Below, in pieces: positions 9,917 to 20,280 of a DNA stretch of 64,000 nucleotides. Both the position numbers and the translations under genes were made by a program. Below the pieces are notes generated by a model. It ran no database searches. It was not told the origin of the DNA and saw only the letters and a list, made by a program, of their open reading frames with translations. The DNA lies in contig CAWFJP010000029.1 of the NCBI GenBank assembly GCA_963816145.1, positions 224,001 to 288,000 on the forward strand. The letters run 5' to 3'. The stretch is from an uncultured delta proteobacterium (GTDB taxonomy: Bacteria; Desulfobacterota; Binatia; UBA9968). Position 1 is the stretch's first letter, and every line of letters starts with the position of its first letter.

Positions 9917-11113
9917 ATGGCAACCAAGGACGCGGATCTTTCATCACTGCGCATCAACCGGTCGTCTCCAGATGCACAATCGCCACGTAAATCACGCTCT
10001 TACGGCAAATTATTCATTTGGCTGTTGGTATTCATTGCGTTACTTGTCGCTGGGATTTTTTTGAAGGGGCTATTCGACCCCGGCGTCGAGGTGCAACTAG
10101 CGACGGCATCGATGAGTTCACCGTCGCAAGCCAATGCCGTGCTCACGGCTAGCGGTTATGTGGTGGCACGGCGCAAAGCGGCGGTGGCGTCAAAAGGCAC
10201 CGGTACGCTGGTTTTTCTCGGCGTCGATGAGGGCGACAAGGTTAAAAAAGGCCAGATCATCGCCCGGCTCGAGGATAGCGACGTTGCGGCTTCACTGGAG
10301 CGGGCGCGGGAAAATTTACGGGTCGCCGAAGCTGATCTGAACGAGGCCAAGCAGAGTCTGGAACGGACGCGCATCTTGCTTAAGCAAGAACTGGTCGCGC
10401 AGGCCGATTACGATCTTGCCGAGGCGCGCTACAAACGCGTGGTTGCGACCATCGACGCGGCGAAGTTCGCTGTGAAAGAGGCGCAGGTCGCGGTCGACAA
10501 CACGCGCATCATCGCGCCGTTCGACGGCACCGTGCTGAAAAAAAATGCTGATGTCGGCGAAATCGTCGCGCCGCTGGCCGGCGCGGCGAGCTCCAAAGCA
10601 GCGGTGGTTACGATCGCCGACATGTCGTCGTTGGAAGTCGATGCCGATGTTTCCGAGGCCAACATCACACGGGTGACTCCCGAGCAAGCCTGCGAAATAA
10701 CCCTGGACGCCTATCCGCAGCAGCGTTATCCCGGATACGTGACCAAAATCGTCCCGACCGCTGACCGTGCCAAGGCGACGGTAATGGTCAAGATCAAGTT
10801 TCGCGAGTACGACCAGAAAGTCTTGCCGGAGATGAGCGCGAAAATCTCCTTTCTTGCCGCCGGCGCCGGTAACAGCCCCGCCCAATCGAAAGCATTGCTG
10901 ACCGTGCCGGCGACCGCGGTGGCGACCCGCAACGGCCGCACGGTGGTCTATCAGATCCGCGACGATCGCGCCGTCGAAGTTCCCGTGACAACGGGACAGA
11001 AGCTCGCCGGTTTGATCGAAATCACCGACGGTCTCAAAGACGGCGACAAGGTCGTCAGCAAGGTCGACGATCGCCTCGCGGCCGGCGTGAAAGTTAGTCA
11101 AAAGACCAAGTAG
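9917..11113 (+). CDS. Efflux periplasmic adaptor subunit (MacA/HlyD-like)
   Basis: N-terminal TM, ASGYVVA, VDEGDKVKKGQIIA, IIAPFDGTV, PTADRAKATV, LPEMSA. Confidence 0.9.
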   Translation: MATKDADLSSLRINRSSPDAQSPRKSRSYGKLFIWLLVFIALLVAGIFLKGLFDPGVEVQLATASMSSPSQANAVLTASGYVVARRKAAVASKGTGTLVFLGVDEGDKVKKGQIIARLEDSDVAASLERARENLRVAEADLNEAKQSLERTRILLKQELVAQADYDLAEARYKRVVATIDAAKFAVKEAQVAVDNTRIIAPFDGTVLKKNADVGEIVAPLAGAASSKAAVVTIADMSSLEVDADVSEANITRVTPEQACEITLDAYPQQRYPGYVTKIVPTADRAKATVMVKIKFREYDQKVLPEMSAKISFLAAGAGNSPAQSKALLTVPATAVATRNGRTVVYQIRDDRAVEVPVTTGQKLAGLIEITDGLKDGDKVVSKVDDRLAAGVKVSQKTK

Positions 11114-11125
11114 CCGCGCCGCACC

Positions 11126-11800
11126 ATGGCCGCTCCATTCATCCAGGTCCAAGATCTCTATAAATCGTACCAGCGTGACAGCCTGGAGATTCCGGTCTTG
11201 CGCAATATCAATTTAGCGATCAACGAAGGCGATTTTGTCGCCTTCATGGGGCCGTCGGGCTCGGGCAAGACCACGCTGCTCAATTTGATTGCCGGTATCG
11301 ACAAGCCGACCTCGGGGAAAATTCTCATCGCCGACATCGATGTGACCGAACTGAACGAAAGCGAGTTGGCGGTCTGGCGGTCGCGCAATGTCGGCTTTAT
11401 TTTCCAATTTTACAACCTGATCCCGGTCTTGACCGCACTGGAGAATGTCGAACTGCCGTTGATCTTGACGCCGCTGTCGAAGAAGGAACGGCGCGCCCAT
11501 GCAGAGATGGCGCTGGCGGTGGTTGGTTTGACTGATCGGTTGAATCACTATCCGCGTCAACTCTCCGGCGGCCAGGAACAAAGAGTTGCCATCGCCCGCG
11601 CCATCGCCACCGATCCGGTAATTTTGGTCGCCGACGAGCCCACCGGCGATCTCGACAAAGCGTCCGCCGAAGAAGTGCTCGAACTCATGGATCGGCTCAA
11701 TCGCGAACTCAACAAAACCATTCTGATGGTCACCCACGATCCGCGCGCCGCCGAGCGGGCGCGCTCGACGCGCCATCTCGAGAAGGGGGAATTGGCGTAG
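11126..11800 (+). CDS. ABC transporter ATP-binding protein (LolD/MacB-type)
   Basis: GPSGSGKT, LSGGQEQRVAIARA, ILVADEPTGDLD, VTHD. Confidence 0.95.
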   Translation: MAAPFIQVQDLYKSYQRDSLEIPVLRNINLAINEGDFVAFMGPSGSGKTTLLNLIAGIDKPTSGKILIADIDVTELNESELAVWRSRNVGFIFQFYNLIPVLTALENVELPLILTPLSKKERRAHAEMALAVVGLTDRLNHYPRQLSGGQEQRVAIARAIATDPVILVADEPTGDLDKASAEEVLELMDRLNRELNKTILMVTHDPRAAERARSTRHLEKGELA

Positions 11801-11802
11801 GG

Positions 11803-11925
11803 GGAATGGATAATGGATAATGGAGAATTGAGAATGTTTGTGGGTGCTATTGTGAGCCTGTGAACTTTTCCCTTCGCTCATGATGGTGTCGACCCCGAAC
11901 GCCTTACGCCTTACCCTTTACCCCT
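11803..11925. repeat. Heptamer-period intergenic repeats
   Basis: aatggat aatggat aatggag aattgag (about 11805-11836) and ccttacg ccttacc ctttacc (about 11902-11925). Confidence 0.55.
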
Positions 11926-11935
11926 AACGAATCTT

Positions 11936-13096
11936 ATGGAGCTTGTTCGACTTCTCTTTCGTAACGTCTTGCGCCACAAGCTGCGCGGCATGCTGACGAT
12001 TGTCGGCGTCGGTGTGGCGGTGATGGCGTTTGCTTTGCTCCAGACCGTGGTGGGCGCCTGGTATGCCGGCGTCGAAGCGTCCGCCGCCAACCGGCTGATC
12101 ACGCGCCACGCGGTGTCGTTCGTCTTTACCTTGCCGCTCGCCTATCGCGACCGCATCGCCCAGGTTCCCGGCGTCAACAAGGTAACCTTTGCCAACTGGT
12201 TCTCCGGAGTCTACATCGACAAAAACCAATTTTTCGCTCGATTGGCCGTCGACTCCGATAGCTTCTTCGACGTCTACCCTGAGTTCGTGGTGCCGCCGGA
12301 GCAGTTCGAAGTCTTCAAGCGCGAGCGCAACGCGGCGATCATCGGTATCGACATCGCCAAACGCTACAACTTGAAAATCGGCGACATTATGCCGCTCGAA
12401 GGCGACGTGTATCCCGGCCAGTGGGAGTTCGTCGTGCGCGGCATCTATGAGCCGCGCGACCAGACCACCGACCCGACGACCATGATGTTTCACTACAAAT
12501 ATCTGGACGAGCGGGTGCGCCAGGACATGCCGCAGCGCGCCGGCGAGATCGGCTGGTACGTTGTGCGCATCGACGATCCGGAAAACTCGGCGGCGATTTC
12601 TCAGGAAATCGACAAGCTATTCGCCAATTCCCGTGCCGAAACCAAGACCGAAACCGAGCGGGCTTTTCAGCAGGGTTTTCTCTCCGCGGCGAGCGCGATT
12701 ATCACCGCGATGAATATCATGTCGTTTGTCATCATCGGCATCATTCTCCTGGTAGTTGGCAATACCATGATCATGTCGGCGCGCGAACGCACCCATGAGT
12801 TCGCCGTCTTGAAAGCGCTGGGGTTCACCGCCAGACAATTGTTTTTTCTGATCGCCGGCGAGTCGATTTTGCTGGCCCTGTTCGGCAGTGCGCTCGGCCT
12901 TGCGGTGACCTTTCCCGCGGTCGCGGGATTTGAAACCGCGCTGCCCAAAGGGTGGTTTCCGGTGTTCTACATCAAGCCGGAGACTGTGGTGATAGGCTGC
13001 GCTGCAGGACTGTTCGTCGGTGCTCTGGCGGCAATCATACCTTTGCACCGGGTGCTGTCGACGCGCATCGTCGAGGGATTGCGCCATGTCGGCTAG
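11936..13096 (+). CDS. ABC transporter permease (FtsX/MacB family)
   Basis: RNVLRHKLR..LTI, periplasmic core, MSARERTHEFAVLKALGF, 4 TM helices. Confidence 0.92.
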   Translation: MELVRLLFRNVLRHKLRGMLTIVGVGVAVMAFALLQTVVGAWYAGVEASAANRLITRHAVSFVFTLPLAYRDRIAQVPGVNKVTFANWFSGVYIDKNQFFARLAVDSDSFFDVYPEFVVPPEQFEVFKRERNAAIIGIDIAKRYNLKIGDIMPLEGDVYPGQWEFVVRGIYEPRDQTTDPTTMMFHYKYLDERVRQDMPQRAGEIGWYVVRIDDPENSAAISQEIDKLFANSRAETKTETERAFQQGFLSAASAIITAMNIMSFVIIGIILLVVGNTMIMSARERTHEFAVLKALGFTARQLFFLIAGESILLALFGSALGLAVTFPAVAGFETALPKGWFPVFYIKPETVVIGCAAGLFVGALAAIIPLHRVLSTRIVEGLRHVG

Positions 13097-13151
13097 CGGA
13101 AGAGGCTGCTCAGGTCTTTGTGCGAATGTTGTGTTCAGTGCCATTGGTTTA

Positions 13152-13234
13152 TTCACCACGAAGGACACGAAGATCACGAAGTTCGGAGAAAAAAGTATCC
13201 GAAACCTTCGTGTCCTTCGCGCCTTCGTTGTGAA
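13152..13234. repeat. Nonamer-period inverted repeat (CACGAAGNN / CTTCGTGNN)
   Basis: ttcaccacgaaggacacgaagatcacgaag ... ccttcgtgtccttcgcgccttcgttgtgaa; right arm recurs at 14749-14780. Confidence 0.7.
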
Positions 13235-13266
13235 AACATCTTCACGGTAAACCCGTAACTACCGCT

Positions 13267-14442
13267 TTGAGTATGCAAATACCGCTGAAGTATATCCTGC
13301 GCAGTTCGGTTTCGCGCCGCTTGACCACGGCCATTACGGTCGTCGGCATCGCGCTGGTGGTGTTCGTGTTCACGGCGGTGTTGATGATGGCTAACGGCGT
13401 GCAGAAGACATTGCGCTCGACCGGTTCGGATGACAACCTTTTGGTCGCCCGCAAGGCCGCCATGAGCGAGATTATGAGCATCATGGACCGGGAAGCGGCG
13501 GGGATCATCGTCAATCTGCCGCAGGTGGCGCGCGCCGCCGACGGCGCGCCGATGAGCTCCAAAGAAGTGGTGGTGATCATCAACTTGAACAAGCTCGGCG
13601 GCGACGGCATCAGCAACGTCACGGTGCGCGGCGTCGAGGAGGCGGCGTTTCAGTTGCGCCCGCAGGTTAAAATCGTCGAGGGCAGAATGTTTCGCTGGGG
13701 CGCGCGCGAAGTGATCGCCGGCGCCGGCATCACCAAGCGCTTTGTCGGCGCGCAGATCGGCGAAAAAATCAAGTTCGGCGGCGATGTCTGGACCGTAGTC
13801 GGGCTGTTCGACGCCAACGGTAGCGGCTTCGATTCCGAATTGTGGGGTGATCTGAATCAGATCGCCGATGCCTTCAGGCGTTCGTCGTTCTCCACCGTAA
13901 CGGTGCGGATGAAAGATCCTGACGATCTTGCCGGCATCACGCGTGCCTTCGAAGGTGACAACCGCTTGCAGTATTTTGTGGCGAAAAGGGAGAAAAAATA
14001 TTTTGAAGAACAGTCGGAGATGATGGCGACCTTCATCCGCATTCTCGGCATCTTCATCACGGTCATCTTTAGCACGGGTTCGACCATTGGCGCGATGATC
14101 ACCATGTACGGTTCAGTGGCGAATCGAACGACGGAGATCGGCACATTGCGGGCACTGGGGTTTTTCCGGCGCAGTATACTTCTGGCGTTCTTGCTTGAAT
14201 CTTTGAGCCTCGCGCTTGCCGGCGGGCTGCTCGGCCTCGGCATCGCCTCGGTGCTGCAGTTCTTTACCATCTCGACGCTCAACTTTGGATCCTTCTCCGA
14301 ACTGGCGTTCTCGTTCGCCCTGTCGCCGTCGATCGTTGCGTCGGCGCTGGGATTCTCGCTGCTGATGGGCTTGATCGGCGGCTTCCTACCGGCGCTGCGG
14401 GCGGCACGGCTGGATATCATACAGGCTTTGCGCGCGGTGTGA
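13267..14442 (+). CDS. ABC transporter permease (FtsX/MacB family)
   Basis: VANRTTEIGTLRALGF, GGFLPALRAARLDI. Confidence 0.92.
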   Translation: MSMQIPLKYILRSSVSRRLTTAITVVGIALVVFVFTAVLMMANGVQKTLRSTGSDDNLLVARKAAMSEIMSIMDREAAGIIVNLPQVARAADGAPMSSKEVVVIINLNKLGGDGISNVTVRGVEEAAFQLRPQVKIVEGRMFRWGAREVIAGAGITKRFVGAQIGEKIKFGGDVWTVVGLFDANGSGFDSELWGDLNQIADAFRRSSFSTVTVRMKDPDDLAGITRAFEGDNRLQYFVAKREKKYFEEQSEMMATFIRILGIFITVIFSTGSTIGAMITMYGSVANRTTEIGTLRALGFFRRSILLAFLLESLSLALAGGLLGLGIASVLQFFTISTLNFGSFSELAFSFALSPSIVASALGFSLLMGLIGGFLPALRAARLDIIQALRAV

Positions 14443-14585
14443 TGCGATTCGGAATATCTCCCGCAAAGACGCACAGGGCGCAAAGTTCGGAACGGAAAAC
14501 TTGCAACGAAGTGTTCAGGGGGCTTACGCTTGCCTGCAGAGTATGAAATTTTACCCCACACCTTCACCGGTTCATTTAATGACCC

Positions 14586-14650
14586 GACATGCCGGCGGGG
14601 CCGGCATCCAGGCGAGGGAGGGGATGGATACCGGCTTTCGCCGGTATGAC
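14586..14650. repeat. REP-like palindromic element (same family as 4358)
   Basis: gacatgccggcggggccggcatcca ... tggataccggctttcgccggtatgac. Confidence 0.7.
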
Positions 14651-14797
14651 GGAACCCTCGTACCAATTCGTTACCCGGATTGTACCAGCAAATATATTTT
14701 CGACGGAGGCGCGCAGGTCAAGAAGGGTTCGGATGACTAAATCGCCGACCTTCGTGCTGTTCGTGTCTTTCGTGGTGAATCGAATCCTGTTTCCTCG

Positions 14798-15330
14798 TTA
14801 GGTCATAAACCCTAAATTCTTCACACTAAAGTTCTGCGGGTTGGGAAACACGCCATCGAGATCGGCGTTGGGCACGCCGAGCCAAGCGGTAAGTGTGGCG
14901 CCGACTTGCTCGATCGCCGTGGTCGGTATCCAACGGCCGCGGGCGTTGCTGCCGGAGTCGGTATCGTCATTGCCGCCCGCGACCAGAGTGGGAAACACGG
15001 TACTGGTGGGTCCGGGGAGACCGTCGAGATCGCCGCCCTTGACGGCGCTGCCGGCGACGATGACATGGCTGCCCCAGGCGTGATCGGAGCCGACGACGCC
15101 GTTGGCCTTACCGGTGCGGCGGAAGTCCGACATCGTGAAGCTGGTCACTTGTCCGTCCACGCCCATGGCAGCGGTAGCATCGTGAAATGCTTTCATCGCT
15201 CCGCTGAGTTGGACCAGCAAGGCAGCGTGTGTTCCCTCGGTCGCGTCGGTGTCGTTGACTTGAGCGTTGTGGGAGTCGAAACCGCCGCTGGAGGAGAAAA
15301 AGATCTGCCGCTTGATGCCTAGGAAATCAC
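14798..15330 (-). pseudogene. DUF1501 family protein, C-terminal fragment only
   Basis: RQIFF...GGFDSH..Q, VTSFTMSDFRRT...NG..GSDHAWGSH....G..VKGG, GRWIPT, FPN..NF; no N-terminal Tat-signal half and no DUF1800 partner. Confidence 0.75.
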
Positions 15331-15950
15331 CTGCGACATAAACAAATTCCCAAAGCAGTTCCCCGATTAGCATGGTTCATTGCCGAGTTTGATTATGCAT
15401 GCACTGATACGTCGCTGACACCACCGCTAATGTTTGCAACGATTCGAGGTGCGTGATAACCGCCGATGGCGACTTCAAGCTTGGGCATGTCTGCGACATC
15501 GGTTCGAGAAAATGGCAAGTTCGCCCGGTAAGGTTTCTGGTGAACCTAGTGTAAACGCCGTTTTCGAGATTTCGACGGAGCTTCCCGGAATAAACGAACG
15601 GTTGCGTGACAGCGGTACGTTGATTGCTCCAAGGGAAAGAGAACCAAGGCAAACATTTTGATGGGCACGGCTTCGCATGTGAAAAGCAATCTAACTGGCA
15701 CCCGGACGCTGTGTGGCACCCCGCTAAGCTCCCTGCGAGCCGTGCCCGTCGCCAAATCTAGACACTCCAACCATGACTGCACCTGACTCCAGGCTGTAGA
15801 AATCAATCTTACGTGCGCGCATCGCGAGATAATTCGTAGACACTTATCATAATTGTGACGAGCCATTGTCCCGGTCCTGCTTATCTCTGCCGAGAGTGAC
15901 CATTTGCAGTCGTCATAGCATTGCGATAGAGGGAGATCAGGAAGTGCCGC

Positions 15951-16439
15951 ATGCTATACCTTCCCAATTACGCGGGTTCGCTTCGCTGTATTGGTCAATC
16001 GCTGCAAAGCCAAAACATTGAAGTCTTCGAATTAAAATTCAACGTTAATGAATTTCGGCTGCAATGCGGCGATCCCAACCCACCCTACACAGGCTTGGTT
16101 GATCTAACGTTCTCAATTGATGACATCGCAATCCTTGACCGTGAAGGTCAGGCACGGCGTGGTCAGTTAAGCACGGAGATTCGCTTCGACAGTCTTCCCG
16201 AAATACTTCGCGCAATAGGAGAATACATCGATAGTAAACGTGGAATGTTACGGCGTATCAGCAACATCTGCACCGCAAATCTTGATAATCGAACTTTAGA
16301 GAGCGAATATGAAAATAGGGCGGGAGACGTGCAGTCGGAAATGCTGACACTGAGTTTTATACGTGAAATTGCCGTGCATATGTACAAGAAGCGAACTCGG
16401 CTTTCAAACCCCATCGGTTTTCTTACACGCCAGCGCTAG
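15951..16439 (+). CDS. Hypothetical protein with internal LRxIG repeat
   Basis: 162-aa ORF with RBS-like GGAG/AGGA upstream; YAGSLRCIGQSL and LPEILRAIGEYI. Confidence 0.6.
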   Translation: MLYLPNYAGSLRCIGQSLQSQNIEVFELKFNVNEFRLQCGDPNPPYTGLVDLTFSIDDIAILDREGQARRGQLSTEIRFDSLPEILRAIGEYIDSKRGMLRRISNICTANLDNRTLESEYENRAGDVQSEMLTLSFIREIAVHMYKKRTRLSNPIGFLTRQR

Positions 16440-16565
16440 CATCTAGCCTTAGTAATGGACTATACGTCCCAACTGTCGGAATGATATCCCAGAGATTTGC
16501 AGCGGTCAGGGACGACGGATTCGGTTTCTCGTAGAGTTCAGTTCGATCCTGGGAGCGCCACTTGG

Positions 16566-16745
16566 TTACTTGATCACCCGATTCGTCCGCACCAACACAT
16601 TTGGCGGGATCGTCAGGCCGAACTGCTTAGCGGCTTTCATATTGACGATGAACTCAAACTTTTTCGGGTACTCGACAGGCAGTTCGGCTGGCTATGTGCC
16701 GTTCCGGATCTTATCGACATACATTGCGACGCGACGGAACAAGTC
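16566..16745 (-). pseudogene. Remnant of ABC substrate-binding protein (PF04392-type), C-terminus
   Basis: Translates RRVAMYVDKIRNGT*PAELPVEYPKKFEFIVNMKAAKQFGLTIPPNVLVRTNRVIK* with an internal stop. Confidence 0.75.
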
Positions 16746-17168
16746 GGGGACGCTTCTAACTCGAATCATAAAATTGCCTAAAACCGTCGTTTTATTGATC
16801 AGTATTGATGCTGAGACCAAAAATTTGGCCGAAAATGAACTAACTACTAGTTGGTCAAGAAGATCTTGAATTGAAGAAATGCCAGCGTTCAATTGATGGC
16901 GAATGACCGAACACTTATGTCCAACGTCGACCACCCGGAGGGGGGAGTCTTTATGGAGTGCAGCACAGGCTACGACCTACAGAAGGAAATTCGAGGTATA
17001 ATACAACCGAAACACGGTTTCCGCGCCGGAGAAACGTACCATTGAAAATGCTAATGGGAGAAGATCGAATGACAACGAAGAGACTGCCGTCAAGGCGCGA
17101 TGGTAGGTCGTGAATTACCCTATCTCGGCGCTGCAAAGTCACCATCCATCAACAAACATCGCAGCAGG

Positions 17169-18159
17169 TTATTTAATCACTTTATCCGCTTGGACGAGAA
17201 TGTTTTGTGGGACGGTAATGCCAATTTGCTGGGACGTTTTGAGATTGACATAAATTTCAAATCTTGATGCCAGCTTCACCGGCATATCGCCAGGCTTAGC
17301 TCCTTTTAGAATGTCGACGACATAATCGGCGGCGCGGGAGTATAAGTCGACGAGGTTTGCTCCGTAGGACATCATCCCACCAGCCGCGACATATCTAGCT
17401 TCTTCAGTCATAGATGGTATGCGATTTTTGAGTGCGTGGTCAAAGAGTTGTTTTGCATGTTGAAAGATTAGGGCATTTCCAACCACAATGACGCCGTCTA
17501 CTCGTGACGTCTTCGCGGACTGAAAAGCGGCCGTGAAGTTAGGATGATGGTCCTCGTACATCGAGTGATTGAAGATCTAGTTTGAACGCACGCGCAGCCG
17601 CCTCGTACTCTTTGACGGCGATTGCTGGTCCTGGTCCATCCGCGTCCCACAGCACCGCGACTCGTGACATCTTGGGCAGCACATCCCTCAGAAGTTCCAC
17701 ACGCTTCGCGCTGAGCTCACGTCCGAGCCATGCAAGCCCGGTGACGTTACCACCGGGATGCGCGTAGCTATCCACGTATCCTGCGGCGACCGGATCAACT
17801 GAACTCAGCATAACAATGGGTATTGACTTGGTCGCTTTTTTAGCCGCGCGTATTAGCACGTTATTAACGGCCACTATTACGTCAACTTTCTGTTGTACTA
17901 ACTCATTTGCGAGCCCGGGCATTCGATCAAGCCTGCCCTCCGCATAGCGGCGTTCGATCAATACATTCTTTCCCTCGATGTATTCCAATGCCCGCAATCT
18001 TTGCTGGAATGCCTCAAACCACGGGTTGGGACTCTCAGGAGCGCCGGTGGAAAATATGAACCCCACGCGAGGCATCGTGTTGGTCGCCGGTTGAGCCTCT
18101 GTTGCATCGCAAGACCCCAATAGGACGATTGCTACCACGCTGATGATCCAAAATTTCAT
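17169..18159 (-). pseudogene. ABC substrate-binding protein (PF04392-type) with frameshift near 17550
   Basis: IEGKNVLIERRYAEG, IPIVM..SVDPV..G.V.S..HPGGNVTG, KRVELL (17539..18264); GGMMSYG, YVVDILKGAKPGDMPV, ADKVIK (17169..17561). Confidence 0.8.
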
Positions 18160-18506
18160 GCTCTTCCTCTTGTTGATATCGACGCTAACAATTCTCTCCC
18201 TTAACAATTTTGGTTCGTGGCTCACCAGATTTATGATTTTAGTCTTATGGTCGTGCCAATGCAATGAATTCTATTTAGGGGGAGAAGTCCGCCTGTAATT
18301 TCTTGAATCGTACTGTCTATCCGGCAGGGGAATCTTGGATCGACCGCAGGTAGATTGCGAGGATTGTAAGGTTGGGGTGAGCGGAAACGGTCGGTCGGAC
18401 GGGAGAAAAGTAACAGCCTCCGGTGCTGACCTGAGGACACTAACTCCGCCAGAATGGTCGCCCGCATCTCTGCTGTGGTGTTTTGTTCGAATCTAAGAAA
18501 AATTAC

Positions 18507-19562
18507 CTAGGAATGAGATCCCATAGATTGAGTTGAGCTGCTGCGGAAACGACGACTTACTGGGTCGTAGATCAGAGGCGTAGGGGATATCCCAAGCAGT
18601 CGTTTAAGAAGCTTCATCTTCGGGTGTATGGCAAATACCATTCCTGCTCCACCACTTTTCCCGCCGGAACGCGTCGCTTTGGCTGCCCCGCCTAATTGCT
18701 CAATAACTCTTATTAGTGATCGCACGCGGGGCGGCACAACACCCAGACTTATCTGCCCCCGATTGTGATCGGGAAATACACGGAGAGGATCTTCCCCGGA
18801 TAACAATCTTTCTGTACAGTTACCAATCGTATCAAGAGATCTCCTAAGCCGCTCGTTCTTGGGCGCACGTTTCTTGAGTCGCTGCAGGATTCTGGACGTG
18901 GGCTCGACCGGTGTGCCCGTGTCAAAAAGAACTCCTTTTTCTAAACTTTTGGGCAATTCAATAAATTCGTATTTGCCGTTGGCAATAACTATTGGGCGTT
19001 CCTCCCAGATAGCGGCAAAATCGATACCGCTATGCCCCTTATTGATTTCGTCCTCAATGGCGAGAGCCTCGTTCTTGCAGTTGTCTCCCATAAAACATCG
19101 GGCAAGTGCGACGACGACCGCAGTTGAGCTTCCCATTCCCTTTCCCAGCGGGAGTGTATTCTGGACAGTAAGTTTGCCCGAAAGACGACCGACGCGAATC
19201 TCGATTAGCGATATAATTTTCTGGACAGTAGATAGCCACACGCTTTCATCGCCCTGGCCAGCCCAGACCAGTTGCAACGCTGTTTCTGATTTATCACTTT
19301 GGTCCCAGGTCACTGTTATATGCATGTCTACAGGAACTGCTATAGCGCGTTTACCGTAGGCGTTGGAAATATTTCCGCTTACTATAATCTTGCCGCATGC
19401 ATGCGTAACTCTTCCTACTGGGGTTGGCTCTTGCTCTCGGATCACATTGCCACGGGACCCCTGTTCGCGGTCCGTACGAAATCGCCTTCTACTTCCGTTT
19501 AGAATCGTAGGTTTTGGATCATCCATAAAATTGTCCGGATCACGCAGCGCTGAAGAATCCAT
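18507..19562 (-). CDS. GHMP kinase, divergent mevalonate-kinase-like; true start possibly downstream
   Basis: ACGKIIVSG, PLGKGMGSSTA (GHMP motif II), SGID, AAKATRSGGKSGGAG. Confidence 0.7.
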   Translation of the reverse strand: MDSSALRDPDNFMDDPKPTILNGSRRRFRTDREQGSRGNVIREQEPTPVGRVTHACGKIIVSGNISNAYGKRAIAVPVDMHITVTWDQSDKSETALQLVWAGQGDESVWLSTVQKIISLIEIRVGRLSGKLTVQNTLPLGKGMGSSTAVVVALARCFMGDNCKNEALAIEDEINKGHSGIDFAAIWEERPIVIANGKYEFIELPKSLEKGVLFDTGTPVEPTSRILQRLKKRAPKNERLRRSLDTIGNCTERLLSGEDPLRVFPDHNRGQISLGVVPPRVRSLIRVIEQLGGAAKATRSGGKSGGAGMVFAIHPKMKLLKRLLGISPTPLIYDPVSRRFRSSSTQSMGSHS

Positions 19563-20280
19563 TGAGACTTGTATATGGAGTCAAACCGCCAAAATTATAT
19601 GAAAAACGATCTATCAATTTGCGGTCTCGAATCCGTACTAATTCTGCAAGGTCGGAGGTATAGTAACCTACCTCGCGCAGGTGTTCAGATGTATTCTTTT
19701 TTTCCAGCCCAAGTACGTAATCGTGCAATTCTGTGGCTGTTGCTCCGATGCTGTCGAAGAAGGCGACCAGATCTCCTCGCAGGGATTCGAGTCGGCAGAA
19801 ATGCACGTCGTCTGGGTTTCCAAAAAGTTGCGTGAAGCGAAAACTGTAGTAACTCACTCCGGTGCCGCGTACCTTGCGCATGGAGTCTTTGGTAATGTTG
19901 GGGATGTTTCTCTTGTTCAAATCAACCTGCTCGGGAAGCATCTCAATCAGAGCATCAAGTCGTTCATTGTCAGTGCCAAGATTGAGAGCGTTACGCGTGG
20001 TGCCTACAAAATCGAGCTTTCCATTGTCGCTCAACCAAGAGAAGAGGAGGCTCCCTGAGTTTCTTGGTCGCACATGTTCATACCATGAGACGTAGAAATC
20101 CCAAGGGTTTCTGATCGTCCCAAGTATCGGCAGATGGGCGTATTCTTTGGGCAGAAGCTCTCGGGGCAAATGATAACCAAGCTCAAAAGCAGTCGGAAAG
20201 AATTTTTTTACCACGTCATAAACGAAGGTCCCACCCGCACGGGGGAAATGAATAAATACAAATTTATCCGTAATAAGCAT
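19540..20280 (-). CDS. Sulfotransferase-family (Sulfotransfer_2-like) protein
   Basis: FVFIHFPRAGGT (5'-PSB-like), IRNPWDFYVSWY (3'-PB-like), RLESLRGD, YYT..LAELV..RD..LIDRFSYNF. Confidence 0.7.
   Translation of the reverse strand: MLITDKFVFIHFPRAGGTFVYDVVKKFFPTAFELGYHLPRELLPKEYAHLPILGTIRNPWDFYVSWYEHVRPRNSGSLLFSWLSDNGKLDFVGTTRNALNLGTDNERLDALIEMLPEQVDLNKRNIPNITKDSMRKVRGTGVSYYSFRFTQLFGNPDDVHFCRLESLRGDLVAFFDSIGATATELHDYVLGLEKKNTSEHLREVGYYTSDLAELVRIRDRKLIDRFSYNFGGLTPYTSLNGFFSAA

Noticed and set aside
3181-14780. Short periodic arrays as CRISPR
   Set aside because: The periods are 7-9 bp, with no unique spacers and no cas genes.
16497-16869. Plus-strand ORFs 16497..16781 and 16570..16869
   Set aside because: They are antisense to the PF04392 remnant on the minus strand.
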